Positions 24,401 through 38,226 of a stretch of 64,000 nt of DNA are shown here, in pieces. Every line of letters starts with the position of its first letter. The first letter of the stretch is position 1. The DNA comes from Strigamia acuminata (lineage: Eukaryota): positions 28,334,001-28,398,000 of the forward strand of contig OX442314.1 of NCBI GenBank assembly GCA_949358305.1. Direction: 5' to 3'. The position numbers and the translations under genes are program-made. The notes under the pieces were generated by a model that was not told where the DNA came from, did not search any database, and worked only from the letters and a program-made list of their open reading frames with translations.

Positions 24401-27400
24401 ATAGTGCTCGCATTAATATTTTATATACATTTTATATATAAAATGACAAGTTATGTACCGATGTCAGATTGAAAGCATGTTCCAGTTGGCATAGCTATTT
24501 TACTCCATGTTACATTAGTTCTTACTCCAGCAGCCTGCAAAAACATTTATGATCAACTATGATCAACCTAAGTTACGTTTGGTATATAGCACATCCTCAA
24601 TTTACGACCATCCAAAATTTCAGAAATACCAACTACAAATTAGTTTACGTTGTTGGCACTAGGATAAGCTCAAAACTCACGCTCTTATTGTTTTTTAAAA
24701 TAAACCATTTATTTATTTAATAGACAAAAATCATAAAAAAAAATATGATTTAAAAATGTTTTATTTTAATTATTGGGGTGAACAATTTTTTCACTTTTTA
24801 CATCCTTGAACAATTTCTAGGAACCGTATTAGTACTAGTTCGAAAGTTGAGGACCTGCTGTATACAGGGTGTCCCAAAAGTCTGAACCTTCCCAAGTAAT
24901 TTCCAAAATACTTGAGATATCAGAAAACTGAAAAAAAAAACTCATACAGGAAATCATTCATTGCAAATCTGATGGCATCCTCAAATTTGACCTCAAAGGT
25001 TATTTTCAGGGTCATTCCCTTGCTAACTTCTAAACCAATCAGGTTAGAGCAAAATTTCCAATTAGAAAGTGGTAGAGCATGGCCTAATTAGTCTAAAAAC
25101 ATGATTTACTAAAAGTATTTTCCTAAAAATTTTTTGAAAAACCTACTAAAATTGTCTCTACAGCTGCATGCTGAAATTAAGGGCCAATAATAAAACGCCT
25201 CCCCAAAAACTCTGATTTCTCCCGCAAAATAAAATACAATACCCCCCACTTTTGAGACCCCCACAAAAATATCCACTTTACCCCCCTTTAAACTAGATTT
25301 CCTCCCCATTTTCCTAAACCCCCAAAACAAGGTATTTAAGCCTCGATACGTCGCACGTACATACCGGTTCTGTGGTTGGCACGTGGGCCATTGCGTAGGA
25401 TCTCCCTGCACTAATAACGGATTAGAGGCTACAAACAATGTCATCAAGTCGCACCACACATTCTGTAATAGACAGCCCATGCACTGTTTCATTCCGATTT
25501 TAAAAGAAATGGTCCGCAATTGGTCCAGTGAACGAAAACCCGATTGTGTAAACGCCAAACTGTTTGCCTGCACCCCTACGCTTACTCTAAAACAGATCAC
25601 GGAGGCTTATAACTGGAAGCAGTCGATGCCAGTAATTAAAATCGGGATAGAAGACACTAAGCGGTATTTCGTTGTTCCTGCTATGAAAAAGACACTGCGC
25701 GAAAATGACATCGACAAGTGGTGAGAAGCTATACTCTGTTTCGCTTGAGGCAAAAAATGTTCCTCTAGGAGAAAAAAGAAAACGTGGCAGGCCGTCTAAG
25801 GCTAAAAAGGCACTTGTAGTGCAAGAACTGCCACGTATTATGCTTATTTTGGGGGTAATTGAGTGATTTCTGATATTTCTGTTTGGGGGGAATTCAGTTT
25901 TTAGGGGGTCCAAAAATGTTTTTTGGGGGACTAACTAGATTTTCCTTTTTAGTTTTATTTGGGGGGCCAAACAAATACTTTCAGGGGGGGGGGGAAACCC
26001 GTTATTTCAGGGGATCGTTAATTGCAATCTGAAATTAAGTAAACACAGTAAATAAGCTTTACCAAAATTTTACAAAGTTATGAAAATAACCTGCAAACAT
26101 TAGATTTTCTATAATCTAAAAAAAGTAAATGAAAACAAATTAAACAAGTAAAGCATCTGTTTGATTAGCTTGTTGCTAATCAAGCTGTAGAGACAATTTT
26201 AGTAGGTTTTTTTCAAAAATTTTGTAGGAAAATATTTTTAGTAAATTATGTTTTTAGACTAATTAGGCCATGCTCTACCACTTTCTAATTGGAAATTTTG
26301 CTCTAACCTAATTGGTTTAGAAGTTAGCAAGTGAATGACCTTGAAAATGACCTTTGAGGTCAAATTTGAGGATGCCATCAGATTCGCAATGAATGATTTC
26401 CCGTATGAGTTTTTTTTCAGTTTTTTGATATCTCAAGTATTTTGGAAATTACTTGGGGAGGTTCAGACTTTTGGGACACCCTGTACCGTACTGCCTCATT
26501 TAAACGCCCGGATTTATTCAAACGCCGGGCCCGTTTTAACGCCTGGCAAGCGTACACAAAGCAGGTTATAGACGCCGGCCTCGTATTAACGCCGGTTTTC
26601 AAATTAGCGCCGGGTAAACGCGGAAATGGCCATTTACGTAGCCAAAACGTTTCGGAAATGCCGTACACGTAACGTACGATACTCTTCCCGGTCGATGAAG
26701 TATTTAAGTACTTAAGTATTTAAGTGTTGGCACTTCCAATCCGGGTGCCTTTGCTATTTCTGATCTCTTATTAGCTCAATGGAATGTCTTTTATCATAAA
26801 TAAAAATTTATTTCCAAAAAAAATATTTTTCTGCTACTTTGTTTTCCCGATAACTTATTTTTGACTATTTTTCTGACTAAACGCCTGGCTCAAATAAACG
26901 CCTGGTTTCAATTTACCGCCTGGCTGTAGGCCCTAAAAAAAATTTAAACGCCCGGGCGTTTAAATGAGGCAGTACGGTATATTGTTACGCGCCCGGACCA
27001 TGTTGTGAGGCAGCCGGTACAAACACTGTGGTTTAAGTGCAAGTTTGTGAAACTTTCACTACGTGGCGCTAGATGAGCTATGCACTCGGCACCACCGGGA
27101 CTGTTAACTTTGGCTTAACGGGAGAAAGGTAGTTTATCTGATTAAAGATAGAACTGACTTAACTCAGTTCTGCTTTAGATTTCAAACCATCATTTACTCC
27201 AGTTTGATGCTCAAACCTTTTCCTTTTGAGACAGGCGGATAAATGATAAAAATAAAGGAAATAAAATAAAATAAAGTAATGTCACGTATTAATTTTAGAT
27301 GTTAGAATTAATGGGACTTGAATTCGCGCAAATGTGAATTTAGCGCAAATAAGTGGGCTCGTTCGCAGATTTACTCGTAAATAACCGCCGTCAAGTGTGG

Positions 27401-30400
27401 ACATCGGGCGAGGAATAAACCTAAACTCGCTGTAACACACATTATTTATATTCGACGAGATTCAAACTCACGTTATGGGTGTTGTATGTAAAAGAATGAG
27501 TAAGCGCAATGTAATTCCTTGAGCGGGAGGGCGAGGAACGTCACAGGCATGCAAAATAAAATATGGGCAAAAAGAGGCGCTATTAGGGCTAGATAGAAGT
27601 GCGCTGTTTAGAACGCAGTGTTAAACTAAAGATGACATTCTTATGCTCAATCTAAGAGGTGTGACCTGGTTGAGAGAGGTGTGAGAAGTGATATTAATCA
27701 GGAAAAAGGTGACTAAGTAAACTTGAGTCATGTGGTCAGGTTTATGAAAGTGGGTGAGGGGGTGAAAAATATAAAATAACTTCGATTGTTGAAAATAATG
27801 TAATGCGCGAGGTGAAGCTGCGCATACATTTAGGAAGATGGATCATCACACTTAGATGAGAAGATAAATTGGGAAAAACTGGGAAAAATAAAGATGGGTA
27901 AAACCAAGTGGAAAATAATACAAAAAATAGGGTGGGTAGCCTGCCTGTGACAGTAATAAATTTGGAATTAGGCAAAAATGAAATAATTTCGGGAAACTAA
28001 AACAATTTTCCAATAAAAATGGGAAAAATCAGGGAAAAGGCGCAAAATGCGCTCAAAATTTCAAAAATTTCCACTGTCTAGAGTCAGGACCGTGACAAGG
28101 TACACACAGATTGTTGCAATATTAAATGTGAAGGATTGTTATGTGATGCTGAATGAGATCCTGAAATAATTTCATTCCATAAACAGCCAGCAATGTAAAC
28201 AATGAGCTCAAAGTTTGCACTATTTTGTCTGTGTATTTATCCAATCTGAGCAATCAGGCCTAGTGGATGAATGGGACGCTATTCCACGCGCGACATTGGT
28301 TAGCCCGACGTCGCGATTATGGATGTGTGAAACATTAGATGTCGCATGTCGCGCCAGCCAATGTTGTGCTTATTCGATGTGGCGACGTCGTGACAACGAA
28401 TAACGTACGTATTTGCTGGCGAGACGCACGTATTGTTTATGCTTTTATCGTTGTGCTAAGCTCGGGAATTTTCTCCCATTTAGCAGGAGGAAAACCATTG
28501 AATAATTGTGTTTTAATCAATGTTTCAAAAAAATGTACGAGTGGGAAATGTCGGGCCAATTGTTATGGCACTTCCAGGTGAAGCATCCATCCACCAGCGA
28601 TTTTACGCGTATTATAATGCCCCGAACTACAACAGAAACCCGCGTACTAATTACAGATTATAAATTGTCCTCGTTCTTTACTAGAGTCTCTCAGTTTAAT
28701 GGAGACCAGCACACAATAAGAGGAAATACAGTCTGCACCAAATTCAAACAATTCTATTTTTTTCACACGAAAGCACAAAAATCTAAAATCGTTTACTGCA
28801 CACACATCATTTAACCCTTCCAACCCGAAAGTATTTGTCTCCCTTTTCTCCCTAAGATGGGCATTTTTTTTTACCCAGATTCTGCACATGCGCAAAATCC
28901 GGGTTTTAGGGAATTCCTATTAGGAATTCCCTAAAACCCTAACATGTAGCCAATGGGGTTAGATTGTAGTGAACGCCATATGGACGTGGTAGGCATGATT
29001 GACATTAGCGGAGCCTGCTGATGATCATTATTTTTGTCCTTTGGACTCCTAAGATGTGTCTTTTTTGACCCAGTTAAACTTTGAGTTCAAATTATAGAAA
29101 AACTTGAGAAAGTAAAAAAATTTCAACTGTGGTATAGTGTCTGGTGATGTTTCAAAGAAATAGTCACCAAAAATCAGATAAAAAAAAATTATTTTTTATA
29201 AAAATAATGATTTTTTTAAAACGGGGTCACAAAATGACCCATCTCAGGGTTGGAAGGGTTAATCGTGTCGCACAAAGCGGAATAAACGTGTCGCGCCACG
29301 TAATCCTTACACGTCGCGCCACTTATACTTATATGTCGCGCCACGTAATACAATTGCGGTTAAACATCATGATGTCGCGCTAGGTCATACGACCGACATG
29401 CTTAATAGCGACGTCGCTCTAAATCATCTGTTACGCAACTACCCAGATACGTAGGTGCGAATTTGCGTGTCGCGCCAACCCATGTCGCTTGTAGTACTCA
29501 TCACCGTATGAATACTGTAGGTGACAAAGTGTAAAAAAAATAGTTCCAAGATCCAAGTTGAATTTTATCATTTGAGATTCAATGATGTCATGACATCAGA
29601 ACTTTGTTCACCAACATGACTGCCTGCATGAAGACAATAATAGTTTGTAGTGGTGGTCCAGTGGTTAAGGCAATGGACTAGTTATCTTTCCACACAGGTT
29701 CAAATCCTGTTGTCTATGAAAATTTTTAATTTTATTTTTAATTCATTTTTAGCAGTAATTTTAATGTTTGTAATTTTATATTTGTTTTATTTTTTTAACA
29801 AATATAAAATAGTGCAAACTTTAATCTCATTATTTTCATTGTTGGCTGTTTATGGAATAAAATTATTTCAGGATCTCATTCAGCATGACATAACAATCCT
29901 TCACATTTAATATTGCAACAATCTGTGTGTATCTTATTCATGTGCTTCCCTTGTGAGTGCATTCGTACTCAATCCTTGATATTGGCGCCCTCTTGCAACC
30001 ACTGGTGCCAATACTGTTTAATTTACATACAATGACAACTAAATTCACTTTTGAGTGATATTTGTCATTGGTGCTCAAAATTTTATTTGGTTTATAAACC
30101 TTTCGTGATTGGACAATACGTTATGTGTATCATGATCAGTCCACACCTGCGTACCGTAACATCACAATTTTGAGGCAAGTATCCGCGATGTAAATGCAGA
30201 TATGAACCCATCTTTAACGGAATACTTACCACAGTAGCAGTGTCCATTGCTCCTTTGTTCATTGATGGCGTTTGGAATCGCCACACTTCTTCTATTGACG
30301 GTTTTTTCTTTCGGATGGTCATGTTCATTAAATTGATAAAATGAATCTTGCATTCATTCTTGCCAATTTCTTTAGCATATGTCCTCCTATAGTGAGTCAT

Positions 30401-33400
30401 TAATGATCCATCCTTACACGCAATTATATTGGGCAAATACAATGTGTGATTTTCTTGAATAATTATCACATATCTTGTTGGCTCAATCATATACAATGCG
30501 ATTCTTTCTTTGCTCACATAAACAGCCAATATTGCAGAAGTAAATATAAGAATTAAATTCAATGTAGATTGCAGTAGAAGCTTTTTTTGTGGCTGCTGCA
30601 TCAAATCTTGTGAAACATCTTTGTTTTTGTCAATGACCAAATGCATTTGTTTAGTAGTTTTCTTTTTTATGCTCGCTTTAAGTTGAGCAGGTCTGATGTA
30701 TTTAGATAAAATGAGAAGAAACATTTGAGCAATTTCAATTAAAGACAGAAGAGAAAATCCCAAAGAGAATCCCAAATTGCCCCCAAAATCGATCAATAAG
30801 TTGGGAATGGTGTAAATGTAGGTTTCTGTCATTTTGACAAACAATTCTTCAAATACTTTAAGATTGAGACTTATTAGATCTTTGCCATTTGATTCATCTT
30901 GAAAATCTAACTTAAAACATAATAATTTTTAGAATTATGCAAAAACATAGAAGATATTATAGTTTAACTTGTATCAGAATAGACTATTAACAAATAAATA
31001 TTCCGTTCGCAAGGTCTCAAGCAACCACATTCAAATGATGGCAGTGTAGTCATTTCATGGAAAAATGCTTCCTCATACATTTCAGCCACAATTGATTTGT
31101 TTGATTCTACACTGCAATCCATCAAATTTTTGTTAGACATAAAAGGCAACCTGGTAAGTCAAAAATCTATGAGTTTATCAATATTTAGATGTAACATGCA
31201 ATTAGACCTGCATCGTTGAGGAATTTTTTTCCTCACACAATCTTCGTAGCATTGGGTTTCCTTTTTCTTATCCGGTTCACAATAGGGATGTCTCGAAGCT
31301 AAAAATTGATACTACCAAAAAACAATAATGCAGCATTACTATTTTTGGTGATCCGTCACAATAAACAAGATTGAAAAGCAGATATCTGATATACTCAAAC
31401 TTATACACTTTTGTAATGCACTTCAAATTTAACAAAATTAATTGGGCTTACACTTCGAATAAAAAATTGAATATCAGATTCAATTCCTGACGCCACCGAG
31501 AAAGTATATTGGTAAGTCATGACGCCAACTACCGTTGTTATCTAATACTCAATTGTGGAAAAATAAGTTACAAACTCCAATAAAATAGTAAAAGGTGAGA
31601 TTCTTACCGTAATCTGTGGCGTGACACAGTTGGTGCTATTCGTTTTAAGGAGCATGTGTGCTTTCACATTTACTGCAAATTTTCGATCTATAGATTTAGC
31701 CAATAATATTAAAAGTTCAAAATTATTTTATTTTGTTTTTATTTCTAACCAGAAGTAAAGACTAAAGATCGTCCAGTTACATCATTTCGATAGCTTAGTG
31801 AAATTTCTGTGTTATCCTTTCTAGAAATTCCTTCTTTAATTGTTGTTTCATGCAATACAGTTTTGCCCTGAAAAGTCATACGATTATCGATGTAATCCAG
31901 CAGATTACTGTATGCATATAGAATGCACACTACGCATACATTTGACGCCAATAATCAAGTAGAGGGCACCTGTGCCGAGTTACAATCTGCATATGATTTT
32001 TATGTTACATGTCCCTTTATTAAAATGCTTTCGCCAAATGTATGGACATAAACAGACCAATGGCCCAGAGATAAGCCCTATCCTACCATACAGTGATCCG
32101 ACCCAGTAAGGCAGAGGAGAGGGTTGAGTAGAGTTGTGGGAGTCCAGTTGTGGACAAGAGCAGGGGTGACAATAATTTTTATTCCCCATACTATAAAAAA
32201 ATTAAGGCACCATTTCCATGAATTTACAGTCATTTACTGTCATGTCCATGAATCAAATTGAACAATTCCGGTCCTACTAACACTGCATTGTTTTTTAATA
32301 ATTCTTACAACCGTCTTGTGGTGATCTCAAACTGTTTCACCACTTAGGAGAAAAATATTAATTATTTCCTAATTAATTTGGCTTGGCACACGCCAAGTCA
32401 GATCATGTGACCGAGGGCAGAAATCTTCCCTAGGCACATATCACCCCAGGTTGGCCGGGGTGAAAACGGTAATTAACCGTTATGGTGCAATAATCCCTTG
32501 TTGCACCAGTTTTAGCTAATTGCGCAGATTATCTGCGCAATATTGAAGGGTGCCGGGCTCGCACCCTCGCTTCAATCGGGACTCTTAAAAATACATCACA
32601 ACCCTCAACATCACTGCTTATTCTCTCCGAAAAGTATTGACAGAGTCACGTGAGTAATTTAAGTTTCACCAAGCTTTCCTTGTGCAACACCGTGCAAGGC
32701 CAGCTTATCCGCGAGAATTAGCCGCAGCTAATTTCCCGCATCGAAGTGAGAAGTTCCCAATCGACGTGAACTATCGCCATCGCAAGTGCGCGAACACTTG
32801 CTATCGCCATCGTACGCTGACCGGACGCCTATCCGACGTGAACCACCACCATCGTGCAGTCGTACACCGAGTGGAAGAACCCACGAGAACCATCGTCGCA
32901 GGACCATCGTTCGTGAGTTAGAGGAAGGCAACCGTCTTCCTAACAACTTTGAGTTGTAAAGCGCCATTAGGACGCTTTTGTCTCACAACGGTCGTTGCGA
33001 GAATTTCCATCGTTCTTTCCCGCATTATTTCGCGACTTGTCGCTTTCATTCTCGTATATTAATCGTATTATTATCCATTTTTATTGTATTATCCGAATAA
33101 ATATAAAGTGTGCTTTGAATTGAAAAACTTTGTGTTTTTATTTTCCTATTAAATTAACCCTAGATAATTTAGGCCGCGATATAAGTCCTTCGTGGCATTC
33201 ACCTGCGGTTTTAGGCTTATTTATTAGAAATAAGCGTGATAAAACCCGGATTGCAGCAGTCTGAATAATTCTGATGACAACTGTAGGATACTGGGCTTCA
33301 GCATCACAGTGACCAATTCCCTGGCATCCCATCCTTGCCCAGGAGATGGAATAATTCAGACACGAGCTCATGATTTAGTGTCTAACTTCACTTCTTGTTT

Positions 33401-34144
33401 TACACAAGAAAGGTCATTTGTTGCTACTCTTTAACAGAGAATCAACTCTTTATTGTTTATTTCCCTGGCCAACCGTTGCTAAGAGAAAAATATGGAAGCT
33501 GCATGACGACATCACTGATTGTATTGGTAGCAAGACCCCTCCCCCCAACCCAACTTATATCATTAAAAACTAACAACTTCATGTGATCACTTTACATAAT
33601 ATCAACATAATATCCCATCCAGTATTACGAAAATAATAGAATTAAATACCTGTCTTATCTTAACGTGCTGTAAATTGCTTGAAATGTTGCTTTTTAACCA
33701 AAAATCTGTATAATTTTCAATTTTCACTGCTGCAGAAATCATGCTTCTCACTGGCAAAAGACATTCACGGTATCTTTTGAGTTTGCTTTGCACTGAAGAA
33801 TCTTCTGGCATTTTTTCCCAGTATTCGGACAAAGATCCGGTATCGAGACCAAAGAACCTCAATTCTGGGAACGTCATTTCACCTATTGGAACATATTCAA
33901 TTTCAACTTTGAAATGTCCATCAAAATAGAATTGGATTCTTTCCATTGTTTGGTAACAACAAATGGTGCCACAAACGATCAAAACAACGAACCAAACTGC
34001 CCGGACTAAACTACTCTTTTGTTTGTTGAAAACATTATCAATAAACTTCATACTATCGTTGCCTGACAGTGAAGTTTGCATTTCTTGCCGTACAAAATGA
34101 CGAATATGACTTCGACGAAGCCTAAGAGCTTTCACCGCAGTCAT
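21455..34144 (-). CDS. Double-domain DEG/ENaC gene, copy B; coding exons open, many intronic transposons
   Basis: Exons homologous to copy D (ORFs 33602-34144, 31745-31951, 30964-31149, 30092-30844, 21465-21902). The small exons checked by eye keep frame and GT-AG sites. Ends QFM|SIKSEVT-stop. Confidence 0.8.
22078..22237. mobile_element. 160-bp palindromic MITE in intron 11 of copy B
   Basis: AGGTGCATTCAATAAG..CTTATTGAATGCACCT, almost fully self-complementary. 3-bp TSD AGT defined by the empty site cgacagtctt in copy D. Confidence 0.92.
22882..24215. mobile_element. Non-autonomous hAT-like element in intron 9 of copy B
   Basis: TIR TAGGGATTGCAGTACCGG, 8-bp TSD AGAGTTAG, many subterminal GTACCG motifs, internal inverted repeat of about 165 bp. 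Confidence 0.92.
24865..26483. mobile_element. TA-flanked DNA transposon with TIRs of about 310 bp and an internal MULE-like transposase fragment
   Basis: TIR begins CAGGGTGTCCCAAAAGTCTGAACC, TA on both sides. Internal TNNGLEATNNVIK..T and AKNVPLGEKRKRGRPSKAKKAL. Confidence 0.85.
26486..26977. mobile_element. Tc/pogo-like MITE
   Basis: TIR CCGTACTGCCTCATTTAAACGCCCGG, TA flanks, subterminal AAACGCC repeats. Confidence 0.9.
28815..29258. mobile_element. piggyBac-like MITE
   Basis: TTAA-CCCTTCCAACCC..GGGTTGGAAGGG-TTAA. Confidence 0.88.
29647..29712 (+). other. Degenerate tRNA-derived (SINE-head-like) sequence
   Basis: A-box-like TGGTCCAGTGGTTAAGG and B-box GGTTCAAATCC at tRNA spacing. No convincing acceptor or anticodon stem. 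Confidence 0.5.
32317..33258 (+). mobile_element. Solo LTR (942 bp) in intron 1 of copy B
   Basis: TG..CA ends, 4-bp TSD GTCT, AATAAA near 33096. Absent from the same intron position in copy D. Confidence 0.85.
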
Positions 34145-35309
34145 TTTGCATCAAATTCTACCGTGGTAATGACAATGACAACCTTGGACAAACTCGTGTC
34201 AATGCTCAAACTATAATTCTTAATTATAGTTTACATCTGTTTGAAAAGTAATTGGTGTCTTGTGCATAAAGAAATCATGAAACTAAATAATTCATTTCTT
34301 TGAGATTCAGCTGCTAGCGTGGGAATATTAGTTGAAAATTCTCAGGATTGATTTTTTTTTATAACCGGTACATGAATTACTAAGAGACCGTATTTCTTCG
34401 AATTAAAGTCGCCCTCGATTACAAGTTGTGATAAAAATTCAGTATGTGGAATAGAAGTCGCTATCGATCCTAATATTCAAAGAATTTCACAAAAACAATT
34501 ACTTTAATTTCTTTTGAACGCAAAAATTATTTAGGTATTTCGGCTGTAAAATACCGGTACAATATAATAGAACTTGATAATAAAAAAGTGCCAATTTTGA
34601 ACAACATGTTAACATAATTGCCACATTGGCGTTCTGGAGCTGCGTCCACAGAACGTATGCATCTAAACGATTTGAATTAAAAGTCGCCCTCGATTAGAAG
34701 TCCTGTCCTTATTTAGGCTGCTAAACCGGAAAGCAATTTTGAAAAATACTACTCCGCGTACTATTTTTTACTTGAAAAACATAGCGTGTTTTATGGTCAC
34801 TTCAAAGTAAAAAGCACAATTTTATTAATTTTAGTGTGCATAACGTGTATTATAGCGTGTATTACAGACGTATAATTTACTCAGTGATCGGTTCTTTATG
34901 AAATTTTAATGAATTTTTTTTCTGTCAGAAAAGTTGTAAATAATAATTATACGCTAAAGTTCATGTTTTAATTTTGTCACAAACATCGTCGCTAATTATA
35001 TAGTGCAGGCGCGCTTTATAAATAAATTGCAAAACATTATTAAATATTAAAAAAAATATTTTCAGTATATGTAAATTAAAAAAATTTCCAATAACTACAA
35101 CAACGATCTCAACAGTATGCATTCACAGGAAATGTGAAAAAGTGTTTACTGGTAGTATGAACGGTTAGTGAGATAAATAAAAAAAAAAGGCCTGGTTAAA
35201 TTCAAAAGTTCTATTTAAATATATTTAAGATTTCTGTTTTAACTAATAGTTGTGATTTGCAGACCATTTGATAAACTAGAATTATATGTAACATGAAAAT
35301 TTTGCTAAC

Positions 35310-36028
35310 TAATGGCTTGAGGATGGTTTCCCATGTGGATATCAGTCCGAATCATCAAATTAAGGGTTTCATGGGCCAATATACTTATAAAAAAGTATTG
35401 GAGGATTGTTATGCTTCCATTTGCAGATGATAAACTGTCTTTGACATGAATATTTCAGCAGGATAATGATCCTAAGCATAAAGTCATGTCGGTTACTCAG
35501 TGGTTACAAACCCATCACATTTAGGTTTTGACTTGGCCTGCACAATCGCCAGATCTAAATCCTACAAAAACAGCGTGGAATGATGTTGAGAAAGCAGTAA
35601 AAAATGCAAAACCTGCAAATTTGTTGGGATTATTTGACATTATCGAGGGGAAATGAGAAAACATTCCTCTCGAACACTGTATTCGTTTAGTTCACTCAAT
35701 GCCTCGTAGGTGTGCTACGGTCATACAAAATTTTAGTTATCCAACAAAATATTGAATAGATTATTCAAATAAACAATGAATTTCTGAAGAAACAAGTTTT
35801 TTATGTGCTTTTTTGAATGTTGTGCTAAACTTTTGGTGTAGCAACAATTTGTAAACAAACACTAAAAATTACTATTGATAATTACAATGTATGATTTGTT
35901 TAAATGTTTTTGCATTTTCTAAAAGCAGAATTTAATGCCAAATTCATATTTTGTATCAGAAAGACTTTTTGTCAAAACACAAAATAGTGCAAATGACAGT
36001 AGTGGTGCTAAACTTTTGGCCACCACTG
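35310..36028 (+). mobile_element. Tc1-like transposon 3' remnant, segmental duplicate of 18090-18771
   Basis: FQQDNDPKH..WPAQSPDLNP..SMPRRCATVI..YPTKY with several stops. Same flanks as the first copy. Confidence 0.88.
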
Positions 36029-36999
36029 TAAATTCACTGCTTAGCTAAAAACTTACCTCGCGATATGATAAGTGATGATTAACGGTAGCCCGCCATCCGC
36101 CATCGTCACAAGTGTTCTTCTTCCGTTTTTGATCTACTAACTGCTTGAAATAGCTCCATTCACAATACTCATTACGTGTTTGCTTGATTTTCTGCGCTGT
36201 TCATATTTAAAATTAAAATTATTTTTGAACTTTGAAATTCTGTTTATCAAATTTTATGATGTAATTTTACCTGCGGAATCGTTTCTGGGTGTTAGTCTTG
36301 TATAGTCTTGAGTTTTGACCTCTCATTCCTTTGTTTTCAGCCGTGTTTAGAGACCAATCGTTCGAGCCTTCAAACCAAGGCAACCATTGCTTTTTCGATG
36401 ACGTCACTTCTGCGAAGAGTTATAAATATTTATTGATTATAAGAATTTCAATGCTTAAGAAGATTAATTAATTAATTCTAAATATATTTATGACAATCTT
36501 TGCTCTCTACCGTGTATAATTCAAAATTTTATCATTTAACTTGAGAAATAACGAAATATAAGCACTGTGATTGGCTGATTTTTTATTTCACTAACAAGTA
36601 AGCGACTGGAACAACCTTCATTTTTAAGGTTTCTGGAAGTGCTGAATTATAATTTAAATATATTCATAGTGTTTTAGAAGTGATTACGATCTGAAATCTC
36701 TATTTTTAATGACTATTCTCGTAGCCGGATTTATAACGGCTGTCTCGATGCTTGCGCGGATACGGCCTACTCGTAAATTCGTGTGGTAGCAAGATTGCTA
36801 GAGAAGTATCAAATATACTTACACAACTGTATCGTCTATCGCTCCAATTTGGTTCAAAGTTGGCCTGATGGTTGAAGTTTTGCTGTGTTCTGTTGTATAG
36901 TTTGGTAAGTTCTCTCCAAAGGTGGGAAATACCCAAGGTTTATACAGTGGGGCCACGGGCCACGTGACTTCTCGGGGTGCCCACCAGCCCTTCCAGGAG

Positions 37000-37165
37000 T
37001 TCAATTTTAATTTGATAAAATTTAATTTAATATTTAATTTTAATTTGATAAAATTTTATTTAATATTCAATTTTAATTTGATAAAATTTTATTTAATATT
37101 TAATTTTAATTTGATAAAATTTTATTTAATATTCAATTTTAATTTGATAAAATTTTATTTTAATT
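37000..37165. repeat. 33-bp AT-rich minisatellite, about 5 units
   Basis: Tandem TTTTAATTTGATAAAATTTTATTTAATATT(C/T)AA. Confidence 0.93.
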
Positions 37166-37692
37166 CAGCGTTTTTATGTTCAGCCAGTGGCTTCGCCAAC
37201 AATGCCTTTGAAAACTGGCGCCAGGGAAATTGGAGTTGCATTAGGCGCCTACCGGTAGTTGAAGGGTCTGACTATAGGGTCCAAGAGGGTCGCAGTAGGA
37301 CAGGGGCAAAAGGTATGGAGGGAACTGACCCAGTTTGCAGTAAAGCAGGGGCAGAGGGGAAATAGGGCACATTAGATGCCAAAAATTCAAAAATTTGTCA
37401 AATTTCATTGAAATTTTGTACAAGATTTTCAAATATTGCTAGAAATTTACCGTAAAATCGCTTGCAACACCACAACCCTTTTTGATGTCATTCAGTTTAT
37501 AGAAACGGTAAAAACTGTCAAAATAGAAGGCGCCTACTGTTTCCAAGCAACCAGCTACAATGTTTAAATTTGGTCTCATTATTACATCAATGCAAATTAT
37601 TGCCAGCATAAGTTATGTGAGGAATACATAGCGCAACGCACATGTACAATACTGGTCATAAAAAGGGGGGGGGGGAGTCAACAATAATTATA

Positions 37693-37768
37693 CAGGGTGT
37701 CCCAAAAGTCTGAACCTCCCCAAGTAATTTCCAAAATACTTGAGATATCAGAAAACTGAAGAAAAACT
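37693..37768. mobile_element. Isolated TIR fragment of the 24865-26483 element
   Basis: TA-CAGGGTGTCCCAAAAGTCTGAACCTCCCCAAGTAATTTCC. Confidence 0.8.
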
Positions 37769-38226
37769 TCCTACTCAATTAGGACACTTTATTGGGTCAT
37801 ACTTGTAAGTAGAAGAGAGGAAACACAAAAGAAAGGAAATAATTTATTTTGGAAATACATTCCACATGATAGTTTTAAGTTACAAAGCTGAGTAGACTAA
37901 CATTTCAAACCTTTTTTTCTCAAAACACGTCACGTGCAAAAATACATAGTCAAGCAGATTTTTCTAAACGCACCTACTTAAATTTTAAATGATTAAACAG
38001 GCATTAAAATTCTAACTATTTCTCTACATATTAAAGTTAAAATTATTCTAGTTTTTCTACAGGCTATACAGAGAAGTGTTACACACTAAAAAGAAGGATG
38101 TTGTACGATAAAACTGTAGCTATTTTTACCTTCAGAATGTTTCAGTCACTGAAACTAGAAAAACACTGTGCAAATACAGTAATTGATAATTAATAATTGG
38201 AAAGCTGCATTTCAGGTAACTTCAGA

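Larger units (their letters stand above)
28101..29931. mobile_element. Non-autonomous TIR element (TIRs about 90 bp) with nested insertions
   Basis: TACACACAGATTGTTGCAATATTAAATGTGAAGGATTGTTATG and its reverse complement at the far end. Confidence 0.8.

Noticed and set aside
26983..28097. Solo LTR (TGTTACG..CGTGACA)
   Set aside because: Ends are suggestive but there is no target-site duplication. Left unclassified.
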